Below, piece after piece: positions 51,452 through 61,086 of a DNA stretch of 64,000 nucleotides. Every line of letters begins with the position of its first letter. Within the stretch, counting starts at the first letter, position 1. The translations under genes were made by a program, and so were the position numbers. Below the pieces are notes generated by a model. It worked only from the letters and a program-made list of their open reading frames with translations, made no database searches and was not told the DNA's origin. Source of the stretch: Minisyncoccota bacterium (GTDB taxonomy: Bacteria > Patescibacteriota > Minisyncoccia > Phycocordibacterales > Phycocordibacteraceae); NCBI GenBank assembly GCA_036399335.1, contig DASWNF010000014.1:209642-273641 (forward strand), written 5' to 3'.

Positions 51452-52885
51452 ATGGCCAAACCTTTGAACGAACTCACCATTACCGAAGCGGCACAGGGCC
51501 TGCGTAGCAAGGCGTATTCCGTACGCGAACTGTGGGATACGTGCGCGGCTGCCGCCGTCGCGCGTAACGGGGAACTCAATGCCTACCTCGAACTTTTTGC
51601 CGCTGACGAAGACGCTATTGCAAAGGCGCAGGCGCGCATAGACGGGGGAGGGGACGGTGCGCCGCTGCTTTGCGGCATACCGCTCGCCATTAAGGACAAC
51701 CTCCTTATCGAGGGCCACATCGCGAGCGCCGCGTCCAAGATGCTGGGGAATTATGTCGCGCCGTACGATGCGACCGTTATCCGTAAACTGAAGGAAGCCG
51801 GCGCACTCTTCCTTGGGCGCACAAACATGGACGAGTTTGCCATGGGCAGCTCGACGGAGAATTCCGCATACGGACCGTCGAAGAACCCGTACGACGTACG
51901 CCGCGTCCCGGGCGGTTCCTCGGGCGGCTCCTCTTCCGCAGTCGCCGCGCACCTCGCGCTTGGCGCGCTCGGGACCGATACCGGCGGGTCTATCCGGCAG
52001 CCTGCAGCCCACTGCGGCCTGGTCGGCCTCAAGCCTACCTATGGTGCGGTCTCGAGGTACGGCGCTATCGCGCTTGGCTCCTCGCTTGACCAGATCGGCC
52101 CCCTTACGAAGTCCGTAGCGGACGCGAAGGCGCTCCACGAGGTCCTGTCGGGCCCTGATCCGCTCGACGCCACTACGCTGCCTGCCGGCACCTATCCGAG
52201 CGAGACTCTCCCTGCAAAGCTCCGTATCGGCGTGCCATACCACCTCCTTGAAGAAGGTTTGGACGCAGATGTCCGCGCGGCTTTTGATGCCACGCTTTCA
52301 AAGCTCGTGGCTGCCGGGCATACGCTTATTGATGTTGCGCTCCCGACGAGCCCATACGGCCTCCCTTCGTATTACGTCGTCATGCCGGCCGAAGCGTCGA
52401 CGAACCTCGCGCGCTACGACGGCATACGCTATGGCCATGCCGCACGGGGCACGACCTTGCTCGACGACTATGTGCAGTCGCGTAGCGAAGGCTTCGGCGA
52501 GGAGACGCAGCGCCGCATCCTTCTCGGAACCTTCGTACTTTCAAGCGGGTATATCGATGCGTACTACCGCAAGGCCGAGGCTGCGCGCGACGCACTCCGA
52601 GCCGAGTACGATGCGGCCTTTGCAGGCGTTGACGTCATCGCCTTCCCGACGACCCCGTCACCTGCGTTTAAGTTCGGAGAAAAGAGTGACCCTGTTTCCA
52701 TGTACCTCGAAGACATCTTTACCGTGACCGCAAACCTTACCGGCATGCCTGCGCTTTCCGTACCTATGGGCAGTGTTACGCGCGACGAGGTGTCGCTTCC
52801 TGTCGGTATCCATTTCACCGCGCCGCATGGCCGCGAAGACCTTCTGTTTACTATCGGCGCAGAAGTAACCGGCGAGACGCTATAA
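51452..52885 (+). CDS. gatA: Asp/Glu-tRNA amidotransferase subunit A
   Basis: amidase signature GGSSGGSSSAVAA, catalytic Ser-cisSer-Lys triad context. Confidence 0.9.
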   Translation: MAKPLNELTITEAAQGLRSKAYSVRELWDTCAAAAVARNGELNAYLELFAADEDAIAKAQARIDGGGDGAPLLCGIPLAIKDNLLIEGHIASAASKMLGNYVAPYDATVIRKLKEAGALFLGRTNMDEFAMGSSTENSAYGPSKNPYDVRRVPGGSSGGSSSAVAAHLALGALGTDTGGSIRQPAAHCGLVGLKPTYGAVSRYGAIALGSSLDQIGPLTKSVADAKALHEVLSGPDPLDATTLPAGTYPSETLPAKLRIGVPYHLLEEGLDADVRAAFDATLSKLVAAGHTLIDVALPTSPYGLPSYYVVMPAEASTNLARYDGIRYGHAARGTTLLDDYVQSRSEGFGEETQRRILLGTFVLSSGYIDAYYRKAEAARDALRAEYDAAFAGVDVIAFPTTPSPAFKFGEKSDPVSMYLEDIFTVTANLTGMPALSVPMGSVTRDEVSLPVGIHFTAPHGREDLLFTIGAEVTGETL

Positions 52886-52892
52886 TCAGGGG

Positions 52893-53486
52893 ATGGAAAC
52901 GACCGATTCGGGCATACACTTCCTGAACCTCTCCTATTTCTTCCGTGCCATCTACGAGTTCATTTTCGGTGCGGGTGATGTAAGCTCAAGCTTTTCCGGA
53001 TTCCTCGCCTTCCTCGGCCAGCTCTGGATTGTCCTTACCATTCTCGCCGTACTCATCTCGCTCGCGGCCATCTGGGTCATGGTGTACTCGACGATGCGTA
53101 TCTTCCAGGTGCGGCAGGAAGAGGCACCGCTTTATGCAACCATCTCCCAGTACGATGAGCATGAGCGCCTTGAGACCTCGCGCTGGACGTACATCAAAGA
53201 GCTCATCCAAGGGACGAACGAGGCGAGTTGGCGCCAGGCCATCATCGAAGCCGACATCATTCTTGATGAGATGCTGACCCGGCTTGGCTACGTCGGCACG
53301 TCGGTAGGGGAGAAACTGCGGCAGGCAAACCCTACCCACTTCCAGACCTTGAATAACGCCTGGGAGGCGCACCGGGTGCGTAACCAAATCGCCCATGAAG
53401 GCTCCGCGTTTGAGCTGACCGACCGCCTCGCTTACCGAACCATCGCAAACTACGAGGCTGTGTTCCGCGAGCACGAGGAGCTTTAG
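52893..53486 (+). CDS. hypothetical membrane protein
   Basis: 2 TM; TATAAT + 6 nt + ATG. Confidence 0.45.
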   Translation: METTDSGIHFLNLSYFFRAIYEFIFGAGDVSSSFSGFLAFLGQLWIVLTILAVLISLAAIWVMVYSTMRIFQVRQEEAPLYATISQYDEHERLETSRWTYIKELIQGTNEASWRQAIIEADIILDEMLTRLGYVGTSVGEKLRQANPTHFQTLNNAWEAHRVRNQIAHEGSAFELTDRLAYRTIANYEAVFREHEEL

Positions 53487-53589
53487 GGGTACCTAGCAAC
53501 CTTTCTCCGACCCCAAAACACATACGGGTGACTTGCATTCCGCATGAATCGGCGTATTATATGGTTAACGGGCAATTAAGGGCGTATAT

Positions 53590-53662
53590 AGCGGGGTAGA
53601 GGAGAGGTACCTCGGGAGGCTCATAACCTCCAGACGCCGGTTCGATTCCGGCCCCCGCAACA
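53590..53662 (+). tRNA. tRNA with CAU anticodon (Met / initiator / Ile2 unresolved)
   Basis: hand fold: acceptor AGCGGGG/CCCCGCA with 1:72 A-A mismatch, D GAGG-AGAGGUA-CCUC, anticodon GGAGG-CUCAUAA-CCUCC, T GCCGG-UUCGAUU-CCGGC. Confidence 0.55.
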
Positions 53663-53757
53663 AGGTAGTGCGGCCTGCACCAAAGACCGATACGGATGAA
53701 ATGCACAGAAGCCGCTTACTAGCGCCTTCTGTGCCATGTAAAAGCTATACTAGGCGC

Positions 53758-54096
53758 ATGACGTTGGATTCATTCTTTGCGACATATGACTCACTCACTT
53801 CTATAAATATCATGGAAGAGATAGGGGTTCGCCAGTCAATACAGAACATTGCCTTCCATGTAATTTTTCTTGTCTTGTGGTCAGGGATAGCGCTGCTGCT
53901 TGTTGACGCTTACAGGACCGGAAAGGTCAAAAGAATGCGACATGTATATCAGGGTCACTCGAAAGAGTATTGGGCGAACCCTTACTGGGATAAAAAGCAG
54001 AATCCGGTTTCGTTCGGGGTTTCGGTCGCGGGGTACATTGTTATTCTTATCCTCTTTACGCTTATTATCTTCCTTCCCCTACTTCAAGCGCTATAG
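53758..54096 (+). CDS. small membrane protein
   Basis: 2 TM; lower GC; start uncertain. Confidence 0.35.
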   Translation: MTLDSFFATYDSLTSINIMEEIGVRQSIQNIAFHVIFLVLWSGIALLLVDAYRTGKVKRMRHVYQGHSKEYWANPYWDKKQNPVSFGVSVAGYIVILILFTLIIFLPLLQAL

Positions 54097-54236
54097 GGTT
54101 CAAGACCGACACGAGCAACACGATTCGGAGACATACCAGCAGGTGTAAACATGGTTCCGTTCCGCCAAGGGTTACAAGTACAACAGGCGCTGAAGGCGTC
54201 TTTTGTGCTGGTCAGGTCAAGCTATACTGTAGTTGA

Positions 54237-54953
54237 ATGACCAGAAACAAAATCCTCTTTGCCATCGCACTCGTAGTCATTGGTACGCTTGTATACTTTT
54301 TTGCAGGAAGTCACGATTCTTCTCCGGCTCCTTCCCCGAACCATTTGAGCATTACTACTACTGCAGGAAACTACGGATTGTTTATAGACAACGATGATAA
54401 TGTCTATTTCTCCACCCAAGATGCAAACGTACGGAACATCATAAAAACTTATCTTACAGAGCAGAAAAACTACCCCTATGAAATAACTGATGCCGAAAAC
54501 TACGGGCGCTCGCTCGTGTTCTATTACACCAAGGATGTATTCATCTGGGCGTCGAGGAGCGACTGGGCCGACAGGAACAGCCTAACGTCATTCAGTATGC
54601 GCGACATGAAGACCGGGGAAGATATCGGCGATTGTGGAATATACAAGGAAGCTGGTTTATACAAAGATGAAAACCTATTGCTTTCCGCGACGATTATAGA
54701 TACTGGTTACGATATAAAGCAGGGCGTATGTCTTTATGAAAGGGGAGCACCCAATTTCACGTATGTTGATCTTACTCCAGAATTGGTTTCCTCAGAAACA
54801 CTCTTTAACGATCCAGAGGGTCGGAATCTTCGAGCGAACATCAAAGACGTCAATGTAGATAAAAGAACTCTCGTTGTAGATGTGTACGATGAGGAGAAGA
54901 AAGACGCAGAAGGCAACCACCCCTACAAACGCAGTATTGAAGTTTCCTATTAA
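54237..54953 (+). CDS. hypothetical secreted/lipoprotein-like protein (low GC)
   Basis: signal anchor; ~43% GC. Confidence 0.5.
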   Translation: MTRNKILFAIALVVIGTLVYFFAGSHDSSPAPSPNHLSITTTAGNYGLFIDNDDNVYFSTQDANVRNIIKTYLTEQKNYPYEITDAENYGRSLVFYYTKDVFIWASRSDWADRNSLTSFSMRDMKTGEDIGDCGIYKEAGLYKDENLLLSATIIDTGYDIKQGVCLYERGAPNFTYVDLTPELVSSETLFNDPEGRNLRANIKDVNVDKRTLVVDVYDEEKKDAEGNHPYKRSIEVSY

Positions 54954-55098
54954 GAACCAGTGCCTTTCCGCCTGGCCTATTCCCCTCACAAAAATCGCGA
55001 AAGTGGCTTAGATCTACTCAAAGCCCGAGGGAATAAGAAAGCGCTCCCAAAGAACCCTTAGAACCTCTCGATTCCCGGGTACAAGCTATACTTTCTCT

Positions 55099-56268
55099 GT
55101 GACTACAATTGTTTCCACCGCCCAGATGAAGCGTTACTACCTCTACAACTTCCTCGTGAGTTCAGCGAGCATCACCGGCGGACACTTCACCATGGTGTAT
55201 TTCTACCTCCATGGATTCTCCATTACAGCCATTATCACTGCAGTCCTTACCTACGGTTTGACGTGCCTCGCAATCCTAAAGCCGGTCGGTATATTAATAG
55301 AACGCCTTGGCCCGCAGACAACATTCAGGCTCCATGCCGTGGCAGAGGTAGCAAAATATTTAGCGCTCATTTCAATCTTCCTATTTCCTCTGTGGGACTA
55401 TCAGTTCTTTCTGCTAATCCAGTTCTTCAATGCCTTCAGGGTAATGATGAGCCGTATTCCGCTCACCGCCTACTTCTCCGCGTACGGAGATAACCTCCAT
55501 CGGGGTTCGCAGATCGGCCTCACGAATAACGTCCAGGTTGCGGCTACGGTTATCGTACCCGCTCTTGCGGGAGCTCTCATTGAGGATACCGGCCTCGTCC
55601 TCATCTCGACCATCAGCCTTGTGGTGAATCTTATTGCCATATCGGTGCTTAAGTTCGACGGTAGCGTGAGAGTACGGAACCCTGTGCGCTTTAAGAGACT
55701 TATGCAAGCAGTACCCCGACCCTTCACTCGGGCATTCTTCGTGGGCCACTTCCCGTACCCGTTTGTTGCCGATCTTGTATCGATCTATATAGCTGTTGTC
55801 TTCGGTTCCTTCACGGTACTCGGCCTCTTCATCGCGCTCCGTACCGCTGTGTCCGTGCTCCTTAACTATGTCGTGGGGCGCATGACGGACGCGCACCGCG
55901 CACGCAGGTTCTTCTTCTGGGGAGCGCTTGTAAGTTCGACCTTCTGGATGTTCTTGCCATTCATACAAGATGCATGGGCAATCGTCCTACTCCAATTCAC
56001 CCTTGGTCTCGCTGGCCTCGTTACCTCGATTCCTTTCGAGGGGGCGTATCACAACGCCGCAAAGGAAGCTGACAAGCCACTCGAGTTTGCTGTTTGGAGA
56101 GAGGTAGCGCTTCAGTCCGGCATGGTCCTCGGCTGCATTCTGTTCATATTCCTTCTCGAATCTGGGTTGGTTGCGGACTGGCGAATGCTCCTGCCGCTTG
56201 GCGCGATTTCGGCGTTCGCCATGCTATTTGCATTGCCCTATATAAGGCACGTCGATACGGTTAAGTGA
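55099..56268 (+). CDS. MFS-type transporter
   Basis: ~12 TM, MFS-like. Confidence 0.5.
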   Translation: MTTIVSTAQMKRYYLYNFLVSSASITGGHFTMVYFYLHGFSITAIITAVLTYGLTCLAILKPVGILIERLGPQTTFRLHAVAEVAKYLALISIFLFPLWDYQFFLLIQFFNAFRVMMSRIPLTAYFSAYGDNLHRGSQIGLTNNVQVAATVIVPALAGALIEDTGLVLISTISLVVNLIAISVLKFDGSVRVRNPVRFKRLMQAVPRPFTRAFFVGHFPYPFVADLVSIYIAVVFGSFTVLGLFIALRTAVSVLLNYVVGRMTDAHRARRFFFWGALVSSTFWMFLPFIQDAWAIVLLQFTLGLAGLVTSIPFEGAYHNAAKEADKPLEFAVWREVALQSGMVLGCILFIFLLESGLVADWRMLLPLGAISAFAMLFALPYIRHVDTVK

Positions 56269-56414
56269 CGAGTGGGTGATTAGCTCAAACAAAATATCTC
56301 AGACGCGTACCTCGCCTCAAAGAGGCTCTCTAGTTTTGTTCCTGAATCCCTCGTCACATGGTGCAAAAAGACGCTAAGACGCTTTTGCGGTTCGGCCCAA
56401 GTTATACTTTAGCC

Positions 56415-56900
56415 ATGAATGGAAGTGCAGCCGAGAAACTCCTCAACCCGAATTTGTATCAGGTTTTTCTCATGGCCAACCCGTCGCGGCTTTTGGTTTT
56501 CACACACCCATGGTTCGTGGTGAACCGTAAGGGGGTTGTGTCTCGGTGGGCTATCGGCCGCGCTGCTGTCAACGGAAATCCTCGCTTCGGCTGGGTCAAT
56601 AAAGACGCGCTTCCACCATTCTCCGGCGTTCCGCTGCTCTTGTTCCTCGGGCTGCGCAAGCCCGCATGGAAAGGAAGGCTTCTCGGCTACACGGAAGGAG
56701 GCGAAGGTTCTCTCGCCGCGCAAATGGCTGACTGCATTGAGAACTCGAAGGACACGTACCCGTACCGCGATAGGTATGTGCCTTCGGGACCAAACTGCAA
56801 CACCTACATCCAGTGGGTTCTTGCCCAATTTCCAGATGCAGGATTAAAACTGCCGTGGAATGCGGTGGGGAAAGGGTATAAGGCACAATCTTCATTATGA
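56415..56900 (+). CDS. hypothetical protein
   Basis: start moved to ATG 56415 directly after CAAGTTATACT motif. Confidence 0.4.
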   Translation: MNGSAAEKLLNPNLYQVFLMANPSRLLVFTHPWFVVNRKGVVSRWAIGRAAVNGNPRFGWVNKDALPPFSGVPLLLFLGLRKPAWKGRLLGYTEGGEGSLAAQMADCIENSKDTYPYRDRYVPSGPNCNTYIQWVLAQFPDAGLKLPWNAVGKGYKAQSSL

Positions 56901-57074
56901 AAACCTTCACTAATGAACTTGGAAATAAGATCATCATTGAGACAGTCGAGAAGGTCATCAATGGCATAGACGGCATCTTAATCTGCATAGAGGGACCTGC
57001 GTCCAAGACTGAGATCCATGTTACGCGGATGGAAGCAAAAGTCCTTCTAGATCAACTGAACTCGGTCCTAATCT
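56898..57074 (+). CDS. small hypothetical protein (58 aa, below ORF-track cutoff)
   Basis: MKTFTNELGNKIIIETVEKVINGIDGILICIEGPASKTEIHVTRMEAKVLLDQLNSVLI; ATGA overlap with upstream stop. Confidence 0.35.
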
Positions 57075-57143
57075 AATTGATGGCTAGGTCCTGCCGTATA
57101 CGACCAGCTAAGGAGCGGCGGCAGGCCAAGTTATACTTCGAAC

Positions 57144-57617
57144 ATGCTTACTGAGCTGCAGAAAGAAGTACTTATATACCTAATCCGCTCCCTAGAGGAG
57201 AGCGGCGTTGAATTCCAGGTGAGTGGAGGGCTTGCGGCGATGGCGTATGGGGCACGGCGACCGCTCTATGACATCGACCTGGAAATTTATAAGAAGGACG
57301 TCGAAAAAGTACGGAACCTCTTTAAGGACTACATTACCGAAGACTGGAACCATTTGGCCGAGGGTCCGGAAGACCAGTTCGACCTCTGGATGATGACACT
57401 TAGCGTGCGCGGAGTGCCGGTCGACATAAATCAGGTAGAAGGAAGCCGCGTCAGGCCCGTCGGAGGAGCATGGGTGCCGCAGCCGGAAACAATGCACCCC
57501 CAGCTTTTGGAATTTGAAGGCATAAAACTTCCTGTCCAAGACAAGGACGAGCTCATTGGGTACAAGCGTATCTTGGCCAGGGACACTGACCTAGAAGACG
57601 TAGACCAAATAACATAG
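57144..57617 (+). CDS. nucleotidyltransferase-fold protein (antibiotic-NTase-like?)
   Basis: hG[GS]x9-13DhD motif VSGGLAAMAYGARRPLYDIDLEI. Confidence 0.45.
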   Translation: MLTELQKEVLIYLIRSLEESGVEFQVSGGLAAMAYGARRPLYDIDLEIYKKDVEKVRNLFKDYITEDWNHLAEGPEDQFDLWMMTLSVRGVPVDINQVEGSRVRPVGGAWVPQPETMHPQLLEFEGIKLPVQDKDELIGYKRILARDTDLEDVDQIT

Positions 57618-57619
57618 GT

Positions 57620-59365
57620 ATGACCCCGCCACTGCCTAAGACACCATTGCGCTTCTTTCTAGCCATCAACCGGAAAGATTTTCCGTTGATGACCCTGAAC
57701 CTCATCCTCTACGGGATGGGCGGGGCGTCACTCGTCGTTTTCTCGTACCTGCTCGGGGAGGTGATCGATGGCCTCACCAGCGGGGTTACGGCGTCCTTGC
57801 CCACACTCCTATGGCTCATGTTCGGGACCATCATCTGGTATACGTTGAGCTACCGTCTCGGGCACGTGTGCGAGGTCATCGTACGTTCCCGGCTCCGGAG
57901 CCGTACGAAGAAAACATTATTTAGGCACACTAACTCGCTCTCCTTCGGCTATTTTGCTGAACGGTTCGCGGGAGAGATAGCGCATAAGGTGGCCATATGT
58001 GCGGATGCCTTCGAGCGGATGTTCTTGGTCATAAGCAACAATATACTTGAGGACACCGTACTCCTTTTGCTTTCTGCAGCGGTACTAGGCAGCATCAACC
58101 CTTGGTATGGTGTCTTCTTGCTCGTATGGGCGGCCGTAGTCGTGGGCGGAGTGACGTTCTTTGCCCGACGGATGGATGCGCGCGCCGGGCACTATGCCTC
58201 GTCTGAGACGCGTACTTCCGGCGCGCTCGTAGACGTATATGCGAACATCGGCGCCGTAAAGGTGTATGGAAAGTCCGAGAACGAGGGAGTCTACAAGCAG
58301 ATTGAGGCGGAGGCAGAGGCGCTTAGATCCCTCGGGAAATGGGAAGTGCTTATGTATGCCTTTGCTGACTTCGCACTCATCACGATGGTCGCGGGGCTCA
58401 TGGTCATAAGCGTGCTGCTTTATAGCAGCGCACTGGTGACGATAGGTGCCCTTGTTACCGTCACCGGTGTGGGTTTCCGTTTATACGGCTCAATATGGGA
58501 TATCGGCCCGCGCCTGAGCGAACTGATCCGCTATCGCGGTGAAGCGCGCCAGAACCTGAGCGACTTGATGGTGGCCCCGTCCGTAGTGGACGGGGAGCAC
58601 GCGCCCCATGCGACACACGAGAAGGTCGAGGTGGAGTATCGGGATGTCCGGTTCGCGTACGCGCCCGGCCGGACGATACTCGACGGGCTGTCCCTCACCG
58701 TGCATCCCGGCGAGAAGCTCGGTATCGTCGGCCTTTCGGGTGCGGGTAAGACGACCTTCGCTAATTTGTTGCTACGCTTCTTTGACGTACAGGAAGGCGG
58801 AATTTATGTTAACGGACAAGACATTCGGGAATGTACGCAGGAATTCCATCGGTCCCACATCTCGTACGTTTCGCAGGACACGTCTTTGTTCCACGCGTCT
58901 ATTGCTGAGAACATCGCCTACGGCGCGACGGCAGTCTCAAGGGAAGACATCGAGCGCGCCGCCACGCTCGCCTATGCCACTGAGTTCATCGAAGCGCTGC
59001 CACAGAAGTACGAAAGCATTGTGGGCGAAAGGGGAGTCAAACTTTCGGGCGGCCAGCGCCAGCGCATTACCATAGCCAGGGCATTGCTCGCCGACCGGCC
59101 CCTCTTCCTGCTCGACGAGGCTACGAGCGCACTCGACAGCGACAGCGAACAGAAGATACAGAAAGGGCTCGCGCTGCTTATGGAGAACAAGACGGTCATT
59201 GCCATCGCTCACCGCCTCTCGACCCTCGCACATATGGACCGGATTATTTTCATGGAAGCCGGCAAGATTATCGAAAGCGGTTCTCATGAAGAACTGTTGG
59301 CACAAAATGGCGCGTATGCGCAGCTCTGGCATATGCAGGCGGGCGGCTTCCTGCCGTCGCACTAG
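57620..59365 (+). CDS. ABC transporter, fused permease/ATP-binding exporter (MsbA-like)
   Basis: 6 TM + Walker A GLSGAGKTT, signature LSGGQRQR, Walker B LLDEATSALD. Confidence 0.85.
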   Translation: MTPPLPKTPLRFFLAINRKDFPLMTLNLILYGMGGASLVVFSYLLGEVIDGLTSGVTASLPTLLWLMFGTIIWYTLSYRLGHVCEVIVRSRLRSRTKKTLFRHTNSLSFGYFAERFAGEIAHKVAICADAFERMFLVISNNILEDTVLLLLSAAVLGSINPWYGVFLLVWAAVVVGGVTFFARRMDARAGHYASSETRTSGALVDVYANIGAVKVYGKSENEGVYKQIEAEAEALRSLGKWEVLMYAFADFALITMVAGLMVISVLLYSSALVTIGALVTVTGVGFRLYGSIWDIGPRLSELIRYRGEARQNLSDLMVAPSVVDGEHAPHATHEKVEVEYRDVRFAYAPGRTILDGLSLTVHPGEKLGIVGLSGAGKTTFANLLLRFFDVQEGGIYVNGQDIRECTQEFHRSHISYVSQDTSLFHASIAENIAYGATAVSREDIERAATLAYATEFIEALPQKYESIVGERGVKLSGGQRQRITIARALLADRPLFLLDEATSALDSDSEQKIQKGLALLMENKTVIAIAHRLSTLAHMDRIIFMEAGKIIESGSHEELLAQNGAYAQLWHMQAGGFLPSH

Positions 59366-59422
59366 GCTCCTGGCCGGACTGACCCCCCTGGGACTTTCCG
59401 ATACTGATGTTAGGATTGAGGC

Positions 59423-59815
59423 ATGAAATCAGTCACCATCTGTTCGAGCAATAAGTTCGCGAAGGAGGCGCTTGAATTCGCTGCCGAACTCGAGAAGCTC
59501 GGTGTCACCGTATTCGTCCCTGAATTTTATACGTACCATCATGGTCCCCTTGAGGACATTAGTGACCATAACCGGGAATACCTGGCCATGGGCCTTACAT
59601 ACGCGCATTTCCAGAAGATCCGCAAAGCTGACGCAATCCTCCTTTACAACGTCGACGGGTACATCGGCACGAGCGTAACGCTTGAACTCGGGTTTGCCGT
59701 CGGGCTGGGGAAGCGGGTGTATGCCATCTCGGACAAGGAGGAAGACGTATGCCGGGGCATTCTCGTGGACGGCATTACGGCCACCCCTGCGGAACTCGCG
59801 CGCGCCCTCGCCTAG
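59423..59815 (+). CDS. nucleoside 2-deoxyribosyltransferase-like protein
   Basis: TICSSNKF...ADAILLYNVDGYIGTSVTLELGFAVGLGKRVYAI pattern. Confidence 0.45.
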   Translation: MKSVTICSSNKFAKEALEFAAELEKLGVTVFVPEFYTYHHGPLEDISDHNREYLAMGLTYAHFQKIRKADAILLYNVDGYIGTSVTLELGFAVGLGKRVYAISDKEEDVCRGILVDGITATPAELARALA

Positions 59816-59816
59816 C

Positions 59817-60287
59817 ATGCAGTCCTGCGACAATACGAGCGCAGGCGTACTCGTCTTTCGCGAAGGGAAGCTGCTTCTTATTGATCGCGCAAAGCCTCCG
59901 TATGGGTACGCGGCACCCGCAGGGCATGTGGACGACCACGGCACGCCGGGAGACCTAGAGGAGGAGCGCTATAGGGATGCGGCGCACGACGAGCTTCGTG
60001 AGGAAACGGGACTTAGCGCGTCATCGCTTACGCTTCTCGGGGAAGGGCGCAAAGAGCTCGCGTGCAGACGCGGCGGCACCTGGCACTACTGGCGCGTCTA
60101 TGTGGCTGAGGCTTCGGGGGAGGTCGTACTTAATCCGGACGAGGCCGTACGGCATATCTGGTGCGACAAGGCGCAGCTGGAGGCGCTGCTTCGGGGAGGT
60201 GCTATCGAGACCGAACACGGGAGCGTAACGCTCGAGCCCGTATGGATCGACTGGCTCGGGGAACTCGACATCGTCTCGCAGTTCTAG
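59817..60287 (+). CDS. NUDIX hydrolase
   Basis: Nudix box GHVDDHGTPGDLEEERYRDAAHDELREETG; start at ATG 59817. Confidence 0.7.
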   Translation: MQSCDNTSAGVLVFREGKLLLIDRAKPPYGYAAPAGHVDDHGTPGDLEEERYRDAAHDELREETGLSASSLTLLGEGRKELACRRGGTWHYWRVYVAEASGEVVLNPDEAVRHIWCDKAQLEALLRGGAIETEHGSVTLEPVWIDWLGELDIVSQF

Positions 60288-60351
60288 CCCTGCAAGGCAA
60301 CTTTATATATATCTTAGTAATATTTCATATCTAAGGACGTATACTGGCACT

Positions 60352-61086
60352 ATGACCACTTACACCCTTTCGGACACGAACCTCGTGCTCGGGAACCCGC
60401 TCCGGCAATACGTGCTTCGCGTGCGCGACCTCCCGGAAGAAGACCGCCCGCGCGAGCGCCTCTTGAAGCACGGGCCGGCAGCGCTTTCCATACAGGAGCT
60501 CCTTGCCGTCGTACTTATGACCGGCACGAAGAGCGAAGAAGTGCTCGCCATGGCGCGTCGCATCATGACCGAATACGGTGAGCGCAACATCCTGACGGCA
60601 ACCGATGCCGCCGCACTTGCCGAAGGCCTCGGCATCCCGGAAGGGAAGGCGCTCCAGATTGTCGCCTGTGGGGAGCTCGGAAGGCGTTTCTTTAAGGGAA
60701 GCCGGGACGGTGCGCCCGTCATCCGCACCGCACGCGACGTCTTCGAGCACGTGACCGACATGCGCAAGCTCCAGAAGGAACACCTCCGCGGGCTTTACTT
60801 GAACGGCCACTACCAGCTCATCCACGACGAGACGATATCCATCGGCACGGTCGACTCGAACATCATCCATCCGCGCGAAGTATTCCGCCCTGCCATTGCG
60901 TACGGCGCCGCAGGCGTCGTGCTCGTCCATAACCACCCGTCAGGCCAAACGAAGCCGAGCGGCGCGGACAGGACCGTGACGGAGCAGGTTGCCGAAGCGG
61001 GACGGCTCCTCGGCATCGACCTCGTGGACCACGTTATCGTTACCGAGGATTCGTTTGCGAGTGTACTGGCGCCAGAGGAAAGGTAA
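60352..61086 (+). CDS. radC: RadC-like JAB-domain protein
   Basis: HhH N-terminus; JAMM motif HNHPSG... Confidence 0.8.
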   Translation: MTTYTLSDTNLVLGNPLRQYVLRVRDLPEEDRPRERLLKHGPAALSIQELLAVVLMTGTKSEEVLAMARRIMTEYGERNILTATDAAALAEGLGIPEGKALQIVACGELGRRFFKGSRDGAPVIRTARDVFEHVTDMRKLQKEHLRGLYLNGHYQLIHDETISIGTVDSNIIHPREVFRPAIAYGAAGVVLVHNHPSGQTKPSGADRTVTEQVAEAGRLLGIDLVDHVIVTEDSFASVLAPEER

